Source of the DNA: Octopus bimaculoides
Lineage: Eukaryota
DNA length: 64,000 nucleotides
Assembly (NCBI RefSeq): GCF_001194135.2
Contig: NC_068992.1
Span: 24,155,169 to 24,219,168 of the forward strand
Direction of reading: 5' to 3'
Shown one piece after another: positions 40,066 to 52,984 of the stretch. A model generated the notes under the pieces. The model searched no databases, was not told the DNA's origin, and saw only the letters and a list, made by a program, of their open reading frames with translations. Numbering within the stretch: position 1 is the first letter of the stretch; each line of letters starts with the position of its first letter. Both the position numbers and the translations under genes were made by a program.

Positions 40066-40272
40066 CAGACAAGGAGCTGGCAAATTTGTTAGAATGCCAA
40101 GCAAAATGATTTGCAGCATTCAGTCTGTCCTTACGTTCTGAGTTCAAATTCCACCGAAGTCAACTTTGCCTGTCGTCCTTTGAGGGTCGATAAATAAAGT
40201 ACCAGGATCAATGTGATCGACTTTGCCTATCCCCCAAAATTTCAGGCCTTGTGCCTATAGTAGAAAGGATTA
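40066..40272 (+). mobile_element. Family M SINE
   Basis: GGAGCTGGCAAA head, GAGTTCAAATTCC B box, GGGTCGATAAATAAAGTACCAG core. Confidence 0.8.
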
Positions 40273-40284
40273 TCATCATCACCA

Positions 40285-40318
<34 letters not shown>

Positions 40319-40384
40319 CATTATTATTATCATCAGCATCATCATTCTTGTTCTTGTTCTTCTTATTATTATTATACCAAATTC

Positions 40385-40660
40385 GATGGCTGGCACCTTA
40401 GCCAGTGGAGCGCTAACAGCACCATCCAGGCATGATCATTGCCAGAGCAGTAGTCTGGCTTCCGTGCCAGTGGCACATAAATAGTACAATTTGAGCATGA
40501 TCGTTACCAGCGTTGCCTTACTGGCACTTGTGCAGGTGGCACGTAAAAAACACCATTTTGAGCGTGGCCATTGCTAGTACCACCTGACTGGCTCTTGTGC
40601 TGTTGGCATGTACAAGCACCCACTACACTCTCTGAGTGGTTGGCGTTAGGAAGGGCATCG
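40385..40660 (+). mobile_element. Family R SINE, tail-truncated
   Basis: Three to four modules, then GAGTGGTTGGCGTTAGGAAGGGCATC. Confidence 0.8.
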
Positions 40661-40773
40661 ATGTAACCGACTATGCCCCTCCCCACTCAAATTCAGGCCT
40701 TGTGCCTATAGCAGAAAGGATTATTGTCATTGTTGTTGTTGTTTGATGGCAATGTGATGATATTGTCCTTATA

Positions 40774-41336
40774 CCGGGTGTTCAAAAAGTCTCTCCACAA
40801 TAAATATTTTGTTGCAAAATAAATATTTATCAGATGATATAAGACTACAAAAGAATATATTAGAATTTACAAGACTTTAAAAAACTTTATAAGCGGTGTT
40901 GAAAGTGTCATCCTTCATTTTCAATACATAAGTTGACTCTTCTACATGTTTTGAAATATATCTTGGAGAGTCTGATGCGGCATGGGCCGTGTGAAGGTTA
41001 TGATTGTGTCTTTTAGCTTGTTAATGGTTTTTAGGTGGTTCTTGTACACTGATCCTTTACTTGCTTCTCAGAAAAGCAAGTCTGGCAATGTTAAATCAGG
41101 TGATCTTGGTGGCCAAAGTCCCTTCGAAATAATCCCTTCACTGAAAAATCCTTGAAGTAGTGCCATTGTGATGCTCGAAGTATGTGCCGTAGCCCCATCT
41201 TGCTGAAAGTACGCATTATTAATTTCACTTTCAGGGAGTTGGCCCTACAAATGGATAGACAATATTTGAGCAATATCAAGCGGTGTTGATGGTGCCTTCA
41301 AAAAATTCACTGCGGAGAGACTTTTTCAACACCCTG
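40774..41336 (-). mobile_element. Internally deleted Tc1/mariner (ITm) DNA transposon
   Basis: About 28-bp TIRs (C[AC]GGGTGTT[CG]AAAAAGTCTCTCC[AG]CA) with TA at 40772-73 and 41337-38. Minus strand encodes FFEGTIN..YFQQDGATAH..WPPRSPDLTLPD (C-terminal half of the transposase, with stops). Confidence 0.92.
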
Positions 41337-42180
41337 TATTATGCTTTGAATGTATGACACTTTCCAGTCTTCTGAGAAACAAAATCTAAAAAAGACTATC
41401 TTACAAGTCTTTGACAATATTAACCCTTTGCCTGTCTTGTGTATCATATTATACATAGGACATATTTTCCTGGAACCCATGCATCGGAAAATAAAGCACA
41501 TTTCCAAATTTTTCAGCTACCAGAGTATCTTGGAACTTTGGAAAGGGAAGCTTTATATTACTCAAAACATAAGAAACAAACGCTAATTAACAATCTGGAA
41601 AGAAGCAGGGACATTTAGGACAAGCTTATGAAAATGCTTTGGACCAACAATCTGTTGATAAAGGAAACAATAAAGCTATGTACTTCATCATCATCTGGTT
41701 GTGCTTTTTACAAGGATTCTTGCAATTCTGTGTCACCATTCAATGTTCAATGTTATTGGAAGCTTGAGTCATAATGAATCTTTCATTTGCTGATTAATTA
41801 CATAACAATGGACATTATCCCCAGGGACGCATTGCTGTTTGTCTCTTGAGAGAGCTTGGTGACCCTGACCATTGATCTTTTAAGACTTCTCCACTCAGCA
41901 TCAATATAAATGGTTCGATTGAGTTCTCTCACTGATTCTTCACAATCTGCCATTCTGCATTCCCTTAACTTCACTGTATCCCTAGCAGGGTGGCTGAATG
42001 GGTGCTATGCCTAGGCAAAGGGCAACATGTAACTATGCAGTGCATGGTCATCACTCCGTAAGGTAACTTCAAAATGCATGTATACCCAAAAATCCATGTA
42101 TATATATATATGCACATATATATACACACACACATATATATGCACACACACACACACACACACACATACATATATATACA

Positions 42181-42231
<51 letters not shown>

Positions 42232-42313
42232 TAATGTCAAGTTTAAGGATGCCTTTTCTGGCTGATATTTGATTTGGGCTTTAGTTGACTATGTTGGTGA
42301 TTATAATTTAGAT

Positions 42314-42382
42314 CAGGGGTTCTCAATCATTTTTTGTCTATGGACCCTCAGGGACTATTTGGATCCTGTTTGAGAACCACTA
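42314..42382. mobile_element. Short hAT-like MITE remnant
   Basis: Termini CAGGGGTTCTCAA and TTGAGAACCACT are typical of hAT/Charlie-like TIRs. No TSD visible. Confidence 0.45.
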
Positions 42383-42414
42383 AGGTTACTATGACTAAAG
42401 TCAGTTTACAAATC

Positions 42415-42620
42415 ATCATCATCATCATTTAACGTCCATTTTCCATGCTAGCATGGGTTGAACGATTTGACTCAGGACTGGTGAACCAGATGGCTACACC
42501 AGACTCCAACCTGGCAGAGTTTCTACAGCTGGATGCCCTTCCTAACATCAACCACTCAGAGTGTAGTGGGTGCTTTTTACGTGCCACTGGCGCATTACGT
42601 GCCTCCGGCACAAAGAATAT
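42415..42620 (-). mobile_element. Family R SINE, 5'-truncated
   Basis: (CAT)n tail and CTGGATGCCCTTCCTAAC. Confidence 0.8.
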
Positions 42621-42859
42621 GTTTATATATATATATCATATAAACAGAGCAACTAATGATCACATGGGTTTTTAAATAATCAAAGTAGCTCGCATTTTCT
42701 TTAGATATCTATGTTTAAGAAACTTGTAAATAGATTTCTTTCACTTTTGTTTCTTACCACAGTAATTTGCTTCTTGTTATGTGGATAACTTGGATTTCTT
42801 GCAAAGGATGTTCAACCAAACATTATGTATGGTGCCCTGTACTTAATTATGAATGCAAG

Positions 42860-42887
42860 TATGAATAGATAGATAGAGATAGATAAG

Positions 42888-42940
<53 letters not shown>

Positions 42941-43061
42941 GGAAGATAGATAAATAAATAGATGGATAGATAGAAAGAGAGACATATAGATAGATAAATA
43001 GATAGACAGACAGATAGAGAGACAGCCAGACAGATAGAGAGACTTATAGAAAGATAGATAA

Positions 43062-43122
<61 letters not shown>

Positions 43123-43125
43123 GGT
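42860..43125. repeat. (GATA)n microsatellite
   Basis: Direct reading. Confidence 0.95.
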
Positions 43126-44234
43126 TCTATTTATATAGACATATATATATACATGTGATATACACACACATACTTATAATTTCCTTCATTTCTCTGTCAC
43201 CTACCAAATCAAGTCTCGTTACTGATCAAATATAAATAGAATAATCTAATAATACCATGTTGTTATAACTTATTCAATTTCAATTGAGCTCTCTGCTTTC
43301 ATGCTTTCTCTGATGTATCGTACCGAATTCACTGCATGTGTGTGTGTATGTGTGTGTGTATGTGTGCAAGCATGTGTGTGTGTGTGGTGGGGATGATAGC
43401 ATGTAACTAATTTAAGCTAGCAATCATGAACATGTAGCTGCAAATACTAAAATAAAGAATGTAGGAAGAAGTAGTGTTCATGGATTTCCAAAATCATTAA
43501 CGATGATTATGAAATGGCACCAGCTAGAAGAATATCACTGAATCACAAACTATGCTTGCAGAGAAATTTCCACCAAATTCTGTCACAATAACAACAACAA
43601 TAATAATGATAATGATTGTTTTTGTTATATTTTTTTTATGTTTCTTTTATTTGCAACAAATAAGACAGATAAAGGGATATCATAAAAAATAAACTAAAAT
43701 AAAATGAGGTTTTTTTTTTAAGGAGTTTTACAGAGAATTGATTATGAAAATAACAGGCATTGAAAAGAAATGAAATGAGATGTTTTAATAAGTTGGCAAT
43801 CTGCTAGAGGTAAAGAATAAACTCTACTAATCCAGGCCCTCTTACAGCTGTGGTCTCCAGTTTCCAGACTACTAGCTCATGCTGAGAGCATGCCATTTCA
43901 TGTGGGTCTTTGTTACCACTCTCATCAACTTTTGAGTAAATTTCTGAAAGGGTGGCATCGATGTTTCTTCTCCACCTGACTTTTATTTTCAAGTAGAATT
44001 TGAAGATAACTAGTCTAGAGAAACAATAATTAAATGAAAATGATCCCAAAGAAATTAATCAAAGTGACTAGTGGCATGAATTTGAAGAACAGACAAATAT
44101 AGAGGCATGTCAAATGCCGTATAACATAAATTCTTCATTCATTAAATATCATTTCCTCCTCTAGAAAACGTATCATAATTACCAAATGACAATTAAGACC
44201 AATTCCACTTGAGAAAGAGAGTTGATCTCAGGAA

Positions 44235-45075
44235 TTAAGAATAGCTGAGTGGCAAGAAGCTTGCTTCTCGACCATATGGCTCTGGGTTCAGTCCCACTGT
44301 GTGGCACCTTGGGCAAGTGTTTTCTACTATAGCCTTGGGCCGACCAAAGCTGTAGTGTGGATTTGGTAGATGGAAACTGAAAGAAGCCCACCATGTATAT
44401 GTCAGTATGTGTCTTTGTGTCTTTGTTCCCCTTTCATTGCTTGACAAGTGGTGTTGATACAGTTCTATATTTAAGAGATGAGGAATTATGTGCATTATTT
44501 ACATTATTTATATTTGACGGATATTTGTCCTCGTCTTGTTTGTTGTTAATACAACGTTTCGGCTGATGTACTCTCCAGCCTTCAACAAGTGTCCTGGGGG
44601 AATATTCGAACCTGGGTTCTTATGCCCATGGGCTTAGTGCTTAAGAGCACAGGCTACTAACCCCAAGATTCCGAGTTAGATTCCAGGCAATGACCTGAAT
44701 AAGAATAATAATGATAATAATAATAGTAATAATAATAATAACATCGGAAAAATACCTTAGGAGTGAGAACCCAGGTTTGAAACGCCCCCAGGACACCTGA
44801 TGAAGGCTGGAGGGTATATCTGCCGAAATGTGTTAACAACAAACAAGATGAGGACAAATATCTGTCGACTGTAAATAATGTAAATAAGTGGTGTTGATGT
44901 GTTTACATTCTTAGTAACTTAGTGGTTCAGTGAAAAAGACTGATAGAATAAGTACTAGACTTAAAAAATAAGTCCTGGGCTAGATATGTTTGACTATAAC
45001 CCATCAAGGCAGTGCTCCAGCATGGCTGCAGTCAAATGACTGAAACAAGTAAAAGAATAAAAGAAGAAAAGAATA
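44235..45075 (+). mobile_element. Family C SINE interrupted by hammerhead element copy A
   Basis: Host sequence stops at 44458 and resumes at 44899, collinear with the family C consensus. Confidence 0.85.
44459..44885. mobile_element. Palindromic tRNA-headed hammerhead element (copy A, left arm internally deleted), inserted in a SINE
   Basis: Left arm (-) 44459-44620, centre palindrome GCCCATGGGC 44624-44633, right arm (+) to 44885 with CTGATGA at 44797-44803. Flanked by the direct repeat AAGTGGTGTTGAT (44446-44458 and 44886-44898). Confidence 0.85.
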
Positions 45076-45589
45076 CCATGAAAGAAAAGGAGAGGCTTAT
45101 TGCCTGGAGATAAGGAAACAGTTTTGGACATGTTTCTGGCTCATTAGCCTTCATTAGCATGACAATTGTTTGACCTTATCTCCAGTAGCTAAAGGACTTA
45201 TATGAGAAAAAATAGTCAAAAGCAAAAATGCTTTCTATCCTTTGAAATTTGTCCCCATACAATATTTTCACCATCACCACCAGAAGATAGAGGAAGATTG
45301 TTTACATTTCCCAATGAAAAGCAGGCAGAGGGTCGATACTCATGAAAGATTTGGCTGATAGCTGGATCCATTCTACATGCACCATCAGCAAAAAAAAACA
45401 TAAGTCTACAAGTCATCCACATGTTAAAATGTGCTGACTGAAGTACGTTGTAGATCTACACATGTCTTGGACAAAGGCCTAGCTGACAGTGCAATCATAC
45501 CTGTAGAGTTTATGTATCAAACCAGCCGTACCCACCAACCACAGAACTGTCAGGCCAGGGATTTATTGAAGCTGTTCATAGTCACAGAA

Positions 45590-45615
45590 TAATAATAGTA
45601 ATAATAATAATAATG

Positions 45616-45657
<42 letters not shown>

Positions 45658-45720
45658 TCAGCAACAATAACAATATCAACAATAATTAACAGAATTATAA
45701 CAGCAATCACAATCAAGATA
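45590..45720. repeat. (TAA)n microsatellite
   Basis: Direct reading. Confidence 0.95.
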
Positions 45721-47963
45721 ATGAGTAATAATTTTGTGATAATCATAAATATCTTGTCAATAAGATTGATAATTCTATTAGGAATGAATAGATAACAAAA
45801 ATACTTGATCAACATCTGAACACAACACACTGAGCAAGTGAACTGGTCTGAATGAGAAGTGCATAAGATTATTGAAATATTTAGGTATATATATATATAG
45901 AGAGAGAGATGGATATGTATGTACACGAAAATAAAAATTTAAAAGAAATTGTGTCTCAAGCCTACAGAGTCATTTGTCTGAAGCTGAAGCTTATCTTGCT
46001 TTCTCAGGTGTATATGTAACTAAGAGAACAAGGGATACCTGTGTATCATAAAGTTAAACTCCAGCTCAAAAAATGATAACAAGCAATAGCTGGTCATCAT
46101 TTTTAGGTGGTTAAAAAGGGGGTAATGTTAATCAAGCGTCCTACTAAAGGATGCAACATGACCCAAAGAATAGATATTGATTCCACAATTCAAATTGTGA
46201 AGTCACTTAAAAGCTCACACACACAGACATACATACATACACACACTCACCAACACACACATGCACACACATAATTTTCCATGCTAGCATGGGATTAAGC
46301 CAATATGTTATCAAGGTGTTGATTTGCAGCCAGGTGCACTTTCTGACGCTAACCTTTTCTTGTTTTTCAAGTGAGAGACCTACCTATACACCTGAATGTG
46401 TGTGGGTTTCTGATTACATCATACCTACAAAGCCTTATTCAAAATGGTGACGGATTACCAACATGTTTTAGTGGAATGCTTGAGAATTGTGATGGTATGC
46501 GTTCTGCATGAAACCAATGGTAGCATTGTAAATCCACAAATGAAGAATAAAGAATTCTCTCTGTTCCCTACAGACATGTTTGTGTGTTTATGTGCACGTG
46601 CACATGTGTATGTATGATGCTAAAGCACCGTTTCACATGTACATGACCTTGTTGTTGCTAGTCTTTACTTGTCTTCAGTGCAAGGATATCTTATTCAATA
46701 CATTTTAGAAAACAGAAATGGTGGATGATATATTAGCAAGTGACAATACATTTTGCCATTTCTAGCTCTGTTTTTTTGTTTGTTTGTTTGTCCACTATAG
46801 GAAACCAAGCAGTTGTGATTACAAAACTTTAATAATAACTTCATAATAACCAATTATTTACAAAAACGCAAAAGGCAGTTATCTATGCTATTTCTTTTAT
46901 GTGTTGTGAATTATTGGCATAATTTCATCCATCGACCATGTTCGGATGGTGCTTTTTACGGGTCACTAGCATGAGGAACCCACACATAAATGGTGCTTAT
47001 TGCATGCCACCAGCACTGGTATCGGCCACAACTACAATTTCCATTTGATTGTGATTTGATTTGATTTTGATTTACTTGACTCAATAGGTCTCCTCAAGCA
47101 CGGTATGTCGCCTGATGATTCAAAAGTACTTTTTAAATGAGCTGATTATGTGACACTGGTGTAGGTTACAGCTGTGATTTCACTTTCTTTGCCAGGTCTG
47201 AATTTCCAGACACTTATGGTTAGGGAACCATTACATTTACATTAAATTACATTAGTGTACAGGTACCTATATTTCATTGAATTATCTAAATTAATTTAAT
47301 ATTTATTTAATCTAGAGTAAGTTGACTAAAGTGACCATCCCTACTTAAAAACAAAAAAAAAACAGTAGTCTGGAAAGGCCTTAGAACCAAAGGTTCTGAA
47401 AAACTGATGCTGTACCTGTATTTCAAGCTGTAAACAAATGGTAGACAAAGTGACTAAAGTATATTACCTCAGATTACATACTTCATAACTTGCTTTAAAA
47501 TGAATGTAATCATGGTGGTTTGATCCAGGCAGTTTAAGATGGACAATTTAATTACCGTTTGATAAAGAAAAATTTTTAATTACCATTTAATAAAGAAAAA
47601 TATTTAAGCCAACAAATATTGTTGTATCGTTTTTAAAAAAGTGCTGGATGTAAGTGTTTTTAGAGATCCAGTCTACAATATTCATGCACCAATCTTTGGT
47701 TGACCCAGGGATATAATACCCTGAGTACCACGGAATAGGACTGAACCCAAAATCATGTGATCACAAAGTGAACTTGTACACCACATGATGATGATATATC
47801 TAGGGCATGATAACTCCTTTGGTGATGGTACCAAGATAAAATGTACCCTGTACATTATGTAAAGGTGTTGGTATCAGGAAGGGCACCCAGCCACAGACCA
47901 TGCAAAACATTAAGGTTACAAGCAGGACATGGTTGTTTTACCCTTCTGAAAACAAAGTAACTA

Positions 47964-47965
<2 letters not shown>

Positions 47966-48000
<35 letters not shown>
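47966..48000. repeat. poly(A) run
   Basis: Direct reading. Confidence 0.95.
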
Positions 48001-48002
<2 letters not shown>

Positions 48003-48115
48003 AACTGACTTAGATTATGTAGATACAACCCAACAGTTGCCAGCTTTTAAACAAGACAAATAAATAGGTTTAGACATGTAAGTAGATTTCTCTTTCTCTC
48101 TCAATTATATATGCT

Positions 48116-48152
<37 letters not shown>

Positions 48153-49624
48153 ACATGCGTATTATACACAAAGACATAAATTTTATTACAGATACACACA
48201 CAAAGAAACAGAGCTAGAAAGAGACTTATATGTCAGTTCCTCTGCAAGATTATATGGAGAAGATGAATTATATCTGGTTGAGAGTCAGTGAGGCTGAAAC
48301 TGAAGCAGACAGCAAGATTAAAATCTTTATGGCATGTCCTTTAGAATCTGACTGCTCTGCTTTCAAAATCTCATCAAAGGCAAATTAACCTGCCTTCCTT
48401 CTCATCAGTGACAACAAATATCCACCAATGAAAATGTGCCAGTTGTGCACACATCTCTGTTTCTCAATTACACATGCAATTTTTTTTTTTAATTTTTTTT
48501 TTTTGCAAAATGATTTGTACAGAAAACAGAAATTATTACAATTCTATGCATGTTTATTGGCAGATTTGATCTGGATATATTTATATATTTATGTCAACAA
48601 CGGATCTATTTTAGTGAAAAAGTTTCCTGTTGTTTTATAAACAAAATCCTATAGATAAGAGATAATCTAAAATTCATACACTCACTATATGTTTTGAAAA
48701 CAGCCTCGCATTTGCAAAACAGCATTCTTGAAATAAATCAGCTGCACATTGTAGACACATGCACAGCATAACAGACACACATGAGTAAACATATACATAC
48801 ATGGACCTCAGTGAGTTTCAAGGATGAGTCTTTAGTTATTCACTCAACTGAATTACAAGCCCATTTCAGTGACAGAGCAATTCATAGGGATACATTGCCC
48901 TTCATGTAATTCTAGTTGTGAAGCAAAATTCTTAACTACATGGCAAAACTATGTCCATACACATGCCCATATACTCACACACACACACACACACATATAT
49001 ATGAAAAGATATAAACACTATGTACAGTTTATAGAGATTGTTCCCTATGAATATTTTGCCACTGTGGATTTTGCATTCTCTGCAGAAGATGTCCCTAGGG
49101 CTTATCGATGAAGCTCTACAAAAGTTTTTCAAGTGGATTCTTTATTAAACTGATGAATTTATGCATATATGTTTGTATGAATCTCATGATTGTTCCTACC
49201 TTGCCAACAGTTTATTTGCACAAGATGAATGTGTACGTGTGTGTGTCTGACACAGATATTGCTCCATTGCATGATTACAAAGTACATTTTGTACCCAGAT
49301 GTTTTCAGGTTCAATCCAACTGTGTGACAACTTGGGCAAGTGCTTCGACCATAACGTCAGGTTTTCCAATACCATGAGTTTAATATAAGTGGAAACTATG
49401 TGTAAGTGCACCATATGTGAGTGGATATACATGTGCATATGTACACACACACACACACAAATGATGGTCAGAAAATTGAATAAAGATGTACTCTTTGAGC
49501 AATGTGCCTTGTAATGCTTGTTCTGTACTAAGTGACATATACTCTCTTGTCACTCTTGATCATAATGCAATGATGTGGTATTTCTCTGTTGTACCTAAAT
49601 GGCACTATTGTTCAAATTAGTTTT

Positions 49625-49945
49625 ATTAGACCCCCTTCAGTCATGAATGACTATGGAATTTCACCTAGAAACGTACTCTCCAAGGGACAAGTTTAGGTGA
49701 GGTTGTTTATGGAAAACCAGCAGTCGCTCATGCATACCAACATCTCCTCTCGATGCCCTTTATGACACCCAAGAGAAAGGCAAAGACTGATACAGCTTGG
49801 CACCAGTGATGTTGCAATTTATTTCTACAGATGGGTGGATTGGAGCAATATGAAACAAAGTATCTTGTTCAAGAATATGATACATAGCCTGGTCTGGATA
49901 TTGAACTCACTACTCCATGATGGTGGGCCTGACACTCTGAGCCAT
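49625..49945 (-). mobile_element. tRNA-derived SINE family V-related
   Basis: Reverse strand GTGAAGGCACATGGCTCAG..GAGTTCAATATCC..TCTTGAACAAGATACTTT. Confidence 0.7.
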
Positions 49946-50026
49946 GTGCCTTCACCTATTGTGAAACACTATAGTAGTTAGAATAGTATTTCTTATATGT
50001 GGTTACATTATCATTTGCATCAGTGT

Positions 50027-50296
50027 TGTGATGAGACTCACGATGCCCCCTTGCAAGAAATAGACTGGACCAAGCGATTATAAATATTAGTGGTCAGAGT
50101 GAAGTTTGTGTGTTAGTTTGAGTTGAGTTTGCAATGAAGTCAGATGTTGGTTGGTTAGTTCATTTGGAACATCGTGTGTTGGTTCATGAAGTGATTGTTG
50201 GATAGTTGGGCTGTTATTACGGCTGCATCATTATCCTATTTACTATCACTACACTGGTACAGTGCTTCTAAACCATTCGTCACAATATCGTGGCAG
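50027..50296 (+). mobile_element. Probable Gypsy-type LTR with adjacent primer-binding-site-like sequence
   Basis: Ends TGTGATGA(50027) and TCGTCACA(50284) are terminal inverted repeats. TATAAATA at 50079-86. TCGTGGCAG 3 nt downstream resembles a tRNA-Leu PBS (TGGTGGCAG). Confidence 0.45.
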
Positions 50297-50749
50297 TACC
50301 ACGGTATTGGAGATGGAGGATACAACAGTCAGTGAGAGTGTTACTGTGATCTCTGGTGACTCAACTTGCAACAGTTGGTACCAAAGTTCCACCAAATCAC
50401 ACCAATTGTTTTTAAGAAGTTAGGAAACAATAATTCAAGTAGGTGCAAAAACTACACCACCATAGAAAAAAGTGGTTGAAATGTTTAAAATTTTAGATCT
50501 CCCTGACTGATGAGATAAACAACAAGTAATGGAGGAATTACTTCATATTAGACATTGGTTTATTAATTTTTAATTCCTAAAGAGATAACTGTCCAGAAAC
50601 TAATCTATTTTGTTTTTTAAAGATTTACGACAACAGACATCACTGTAAAATAATTAAAGCAATTATGATATAACTAATGTTGCAAACAAAATGTTAGAGA
50701 ATGCTGTTGGTCAAATTGAAAGGTCAGTGTCAATTATTGGTTATCTTTT

Positions 50750-51105
50750 ATGTCACTAGACTGTGGCCATGCTGGAGCACTGCTTTGAAGAATTTTAGTT
50801 GAATGTACTAATCCCAGTGTTTACTTTTATTTTTGACTGCTACTTATTTTATCAGTCTCTTTTGCTGAATTGCTATGTCACGGGGATGTAATCAGACTAG
50901 CACTGGTTGTGAAGCAGTGGTGGTGGGGGGCACAAATGAAGACACACACATATGCATATATATATGATGGGCATCTTTCAGTTTCCGTCTATAGAATCCA
51001 CGAGGCTATAATAGAAGACTCACCCAAGGTGCCACACAGTGGGAGTGAATCTGGAACTATGTGGTTGGGAAGCAAACGTCTTACCACACAGCCATGCCTG
51101 TGCTT
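50750..51105 (-). mobile_element. Family C SINE
   Basis: Collinear with 10940-11350. Confidence 0.75.
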
Positions 51106-51374
51106 AGTTCGTATTCTTTGAGGATGGTTCCTGCCTGTTGTGGTCCAGTTCCTCAAGCTAGAAAAAATGGCAGTACTACAGAGAACAAACGTCTGACTGC
51201 TATAAGCAGCCACAGTAGACCAGCTGAGGTTAAATAGGACTGGCAGTATTGTCTCAAACATACACTACAAGAAAACATTGTTTTTAGGGGTACTTATATA
51301 TGATTCAATGACATTATGGGGTGACCACTGTAAACGGAATGGAGAATTAAATAAATACCTTATGCTATTTGGAT

Positions 51375-52130
51375 GGAGAAGCTGACAAAAAAATGTTTCT
51401 GTGATTGATAAAATGCTCTGTTGCATTTTTTCCAGCTCTTTATGTTTTGAGTTCAAATTCCACTAAGGCTGGTGTCAGTTTGATTGAATAGCCTTCTCCT
51501 CCAAAATTTCAGGCCTTTTGTATATAGTAGTAAGAATTATTATTATTGTTGTTATTATTATTATTGTTATTTATTATTATTATTTATCATTATCATCATC
51601 ATCATCATCATCATCATTATTATTATCATTATCATCATCATCATCATTATTTTTATTATTATTAAGGCGGTGTGCTGGCAGAAATGTTAGTATGCTGGGC
51701 AAAATGCTTAGTGGTATTTCGTCTGCTGCTATGTTCTGAGTTCAAATTTTGCCATGGTTAACTTTGCCTTTCATCTTTTTGGGGTTGATAAATTAATTAC
51801 CAGTAATTAACTGGCCCCCTCCCACAAAATTTCGGGCCTTGTGCCTAGAGTAGAAAAGACTATTATCATTATTATTATCATCAAGGCAGAGAGCTGGCAG
51901 AGCTGCTAGCATGCTGGGCAAAATGCTCGGCAGTATTTTGTCGGTGCTATGTTCTGAGTTCAAATTCCACTGAGGTCGATTTTACCTTTCATCCTTTTAG
52001 GGTCGATAAATTAAGTACCAGTGAAAACACTGGGGTCGATATAATCGGCTATCTCCCACCCCCAAATTTCAGGTTTTGTGCCAATAGTAGAAAGGATTAT
52101 TATTATCATTATTATTATTATTATTATTGT
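51375..52130 (+). mobile_element. Chain of three family M SINEs separated by (TAT/CAT)n tails
   Basis: Three B-box/core units at about 51375, 51663 and 51882, each ending in GCC..TAGTAGAAA and a trinucleotide run. Confidence 0.8.
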
Positions 52131-52347
52131 TATTATTATTGTTATTATTTTGACCTTAATGGATTTCTTTTCAGTGGTGTGGCTAATTCAGCTTTAATAC
52201 TTTTTAATTACATTATCAATTAACGATGTACTAAAAATGTTCCTCTTACTGATACTCATGAAATAAAATGTTGGAGTGGTATTATGTGAGCACCCTTCAG
52301 AAGTCCTATGGACTTACAAGAATGGCTGATTTCCCAGTTTCCATGGA

Positions 52348-52381
<34 letters not shown>

Positions 52382-52559
52382 TTACCAATAATCTTTTTTT
52401 CTTGCCCAGACATCCTTCTAACTTCAATAATCCCTCTATCCTCCTATACCTGTCTTCCTCTTCCCACCCCTTCCCTCAACTAAACCATTATCAAACTATT
52501 AACTATTTCTTTCACTATCTACTTAATATACTTACAAATTTTAGCACAAAACCTGCATT

Positions 52560-52700
52560 TTATTTCCGTGTGTTCCTTTCTGTCGAAGAGCATAGGCTCG
52601 AAACATAAAAGACTTTCTCACTTCCCAAGCATTAAACTAATCCATCTGCTTGTTCTTTACACACCCATCTTCGTATTTTGTTTCTTTGTAAATTCTCACT
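52560..52700 (+). mobile_element. Penelope-like terminal repeat with variant hammerhead-like motif (family 2)
   Basis: CTTT-CTGTCGA-A-GAGC-ATAG-GCTC-GAAACATA-AAAG; homologous to 21090-21240. Confidence 0.5.
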
Positions 52701-52984
52701 ATATATATATATATATGTATTTACCCACTGGATGGGACGCTGATCAGTTACAGGATTACTTACTCATTTTTGGCTGCTAATTAGACTGAAGTAATGTGAA
52801 ATGAAGTATTTCACACAAGAAAACAGCATGTCGCCCGTTCTAGAAACTGAAACCACAATCTTACGATCATGGGTCCAACACCTTAACCACAAGAGCACGC
52901 ATCTTCACGATAGTGTTACGTACTATATAACTAAGTAGCAATAGAACCATGATCAATGTATCTCGTCTTGTGAAGACCTGTTGG

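Noticed and set aside
41340-41960. Protein-looking stretches (LEREALYYSKHK on +; MADCEESVRELN on -)
   Set aside because: Short, interrupted and unrecognised; at most decayed TE sequence.
48330-48412. Minus-strand CTGATGAG..GAAA as another hammerhead
   Set aside because: No stem II closing onto GAAA and no stem I/III.
43804-49140. Isolated splice-like signals around 43850-43985, 48240 and 49085
   Set aside because: No consistent phase chain or recognisable peptide; expected by chance.
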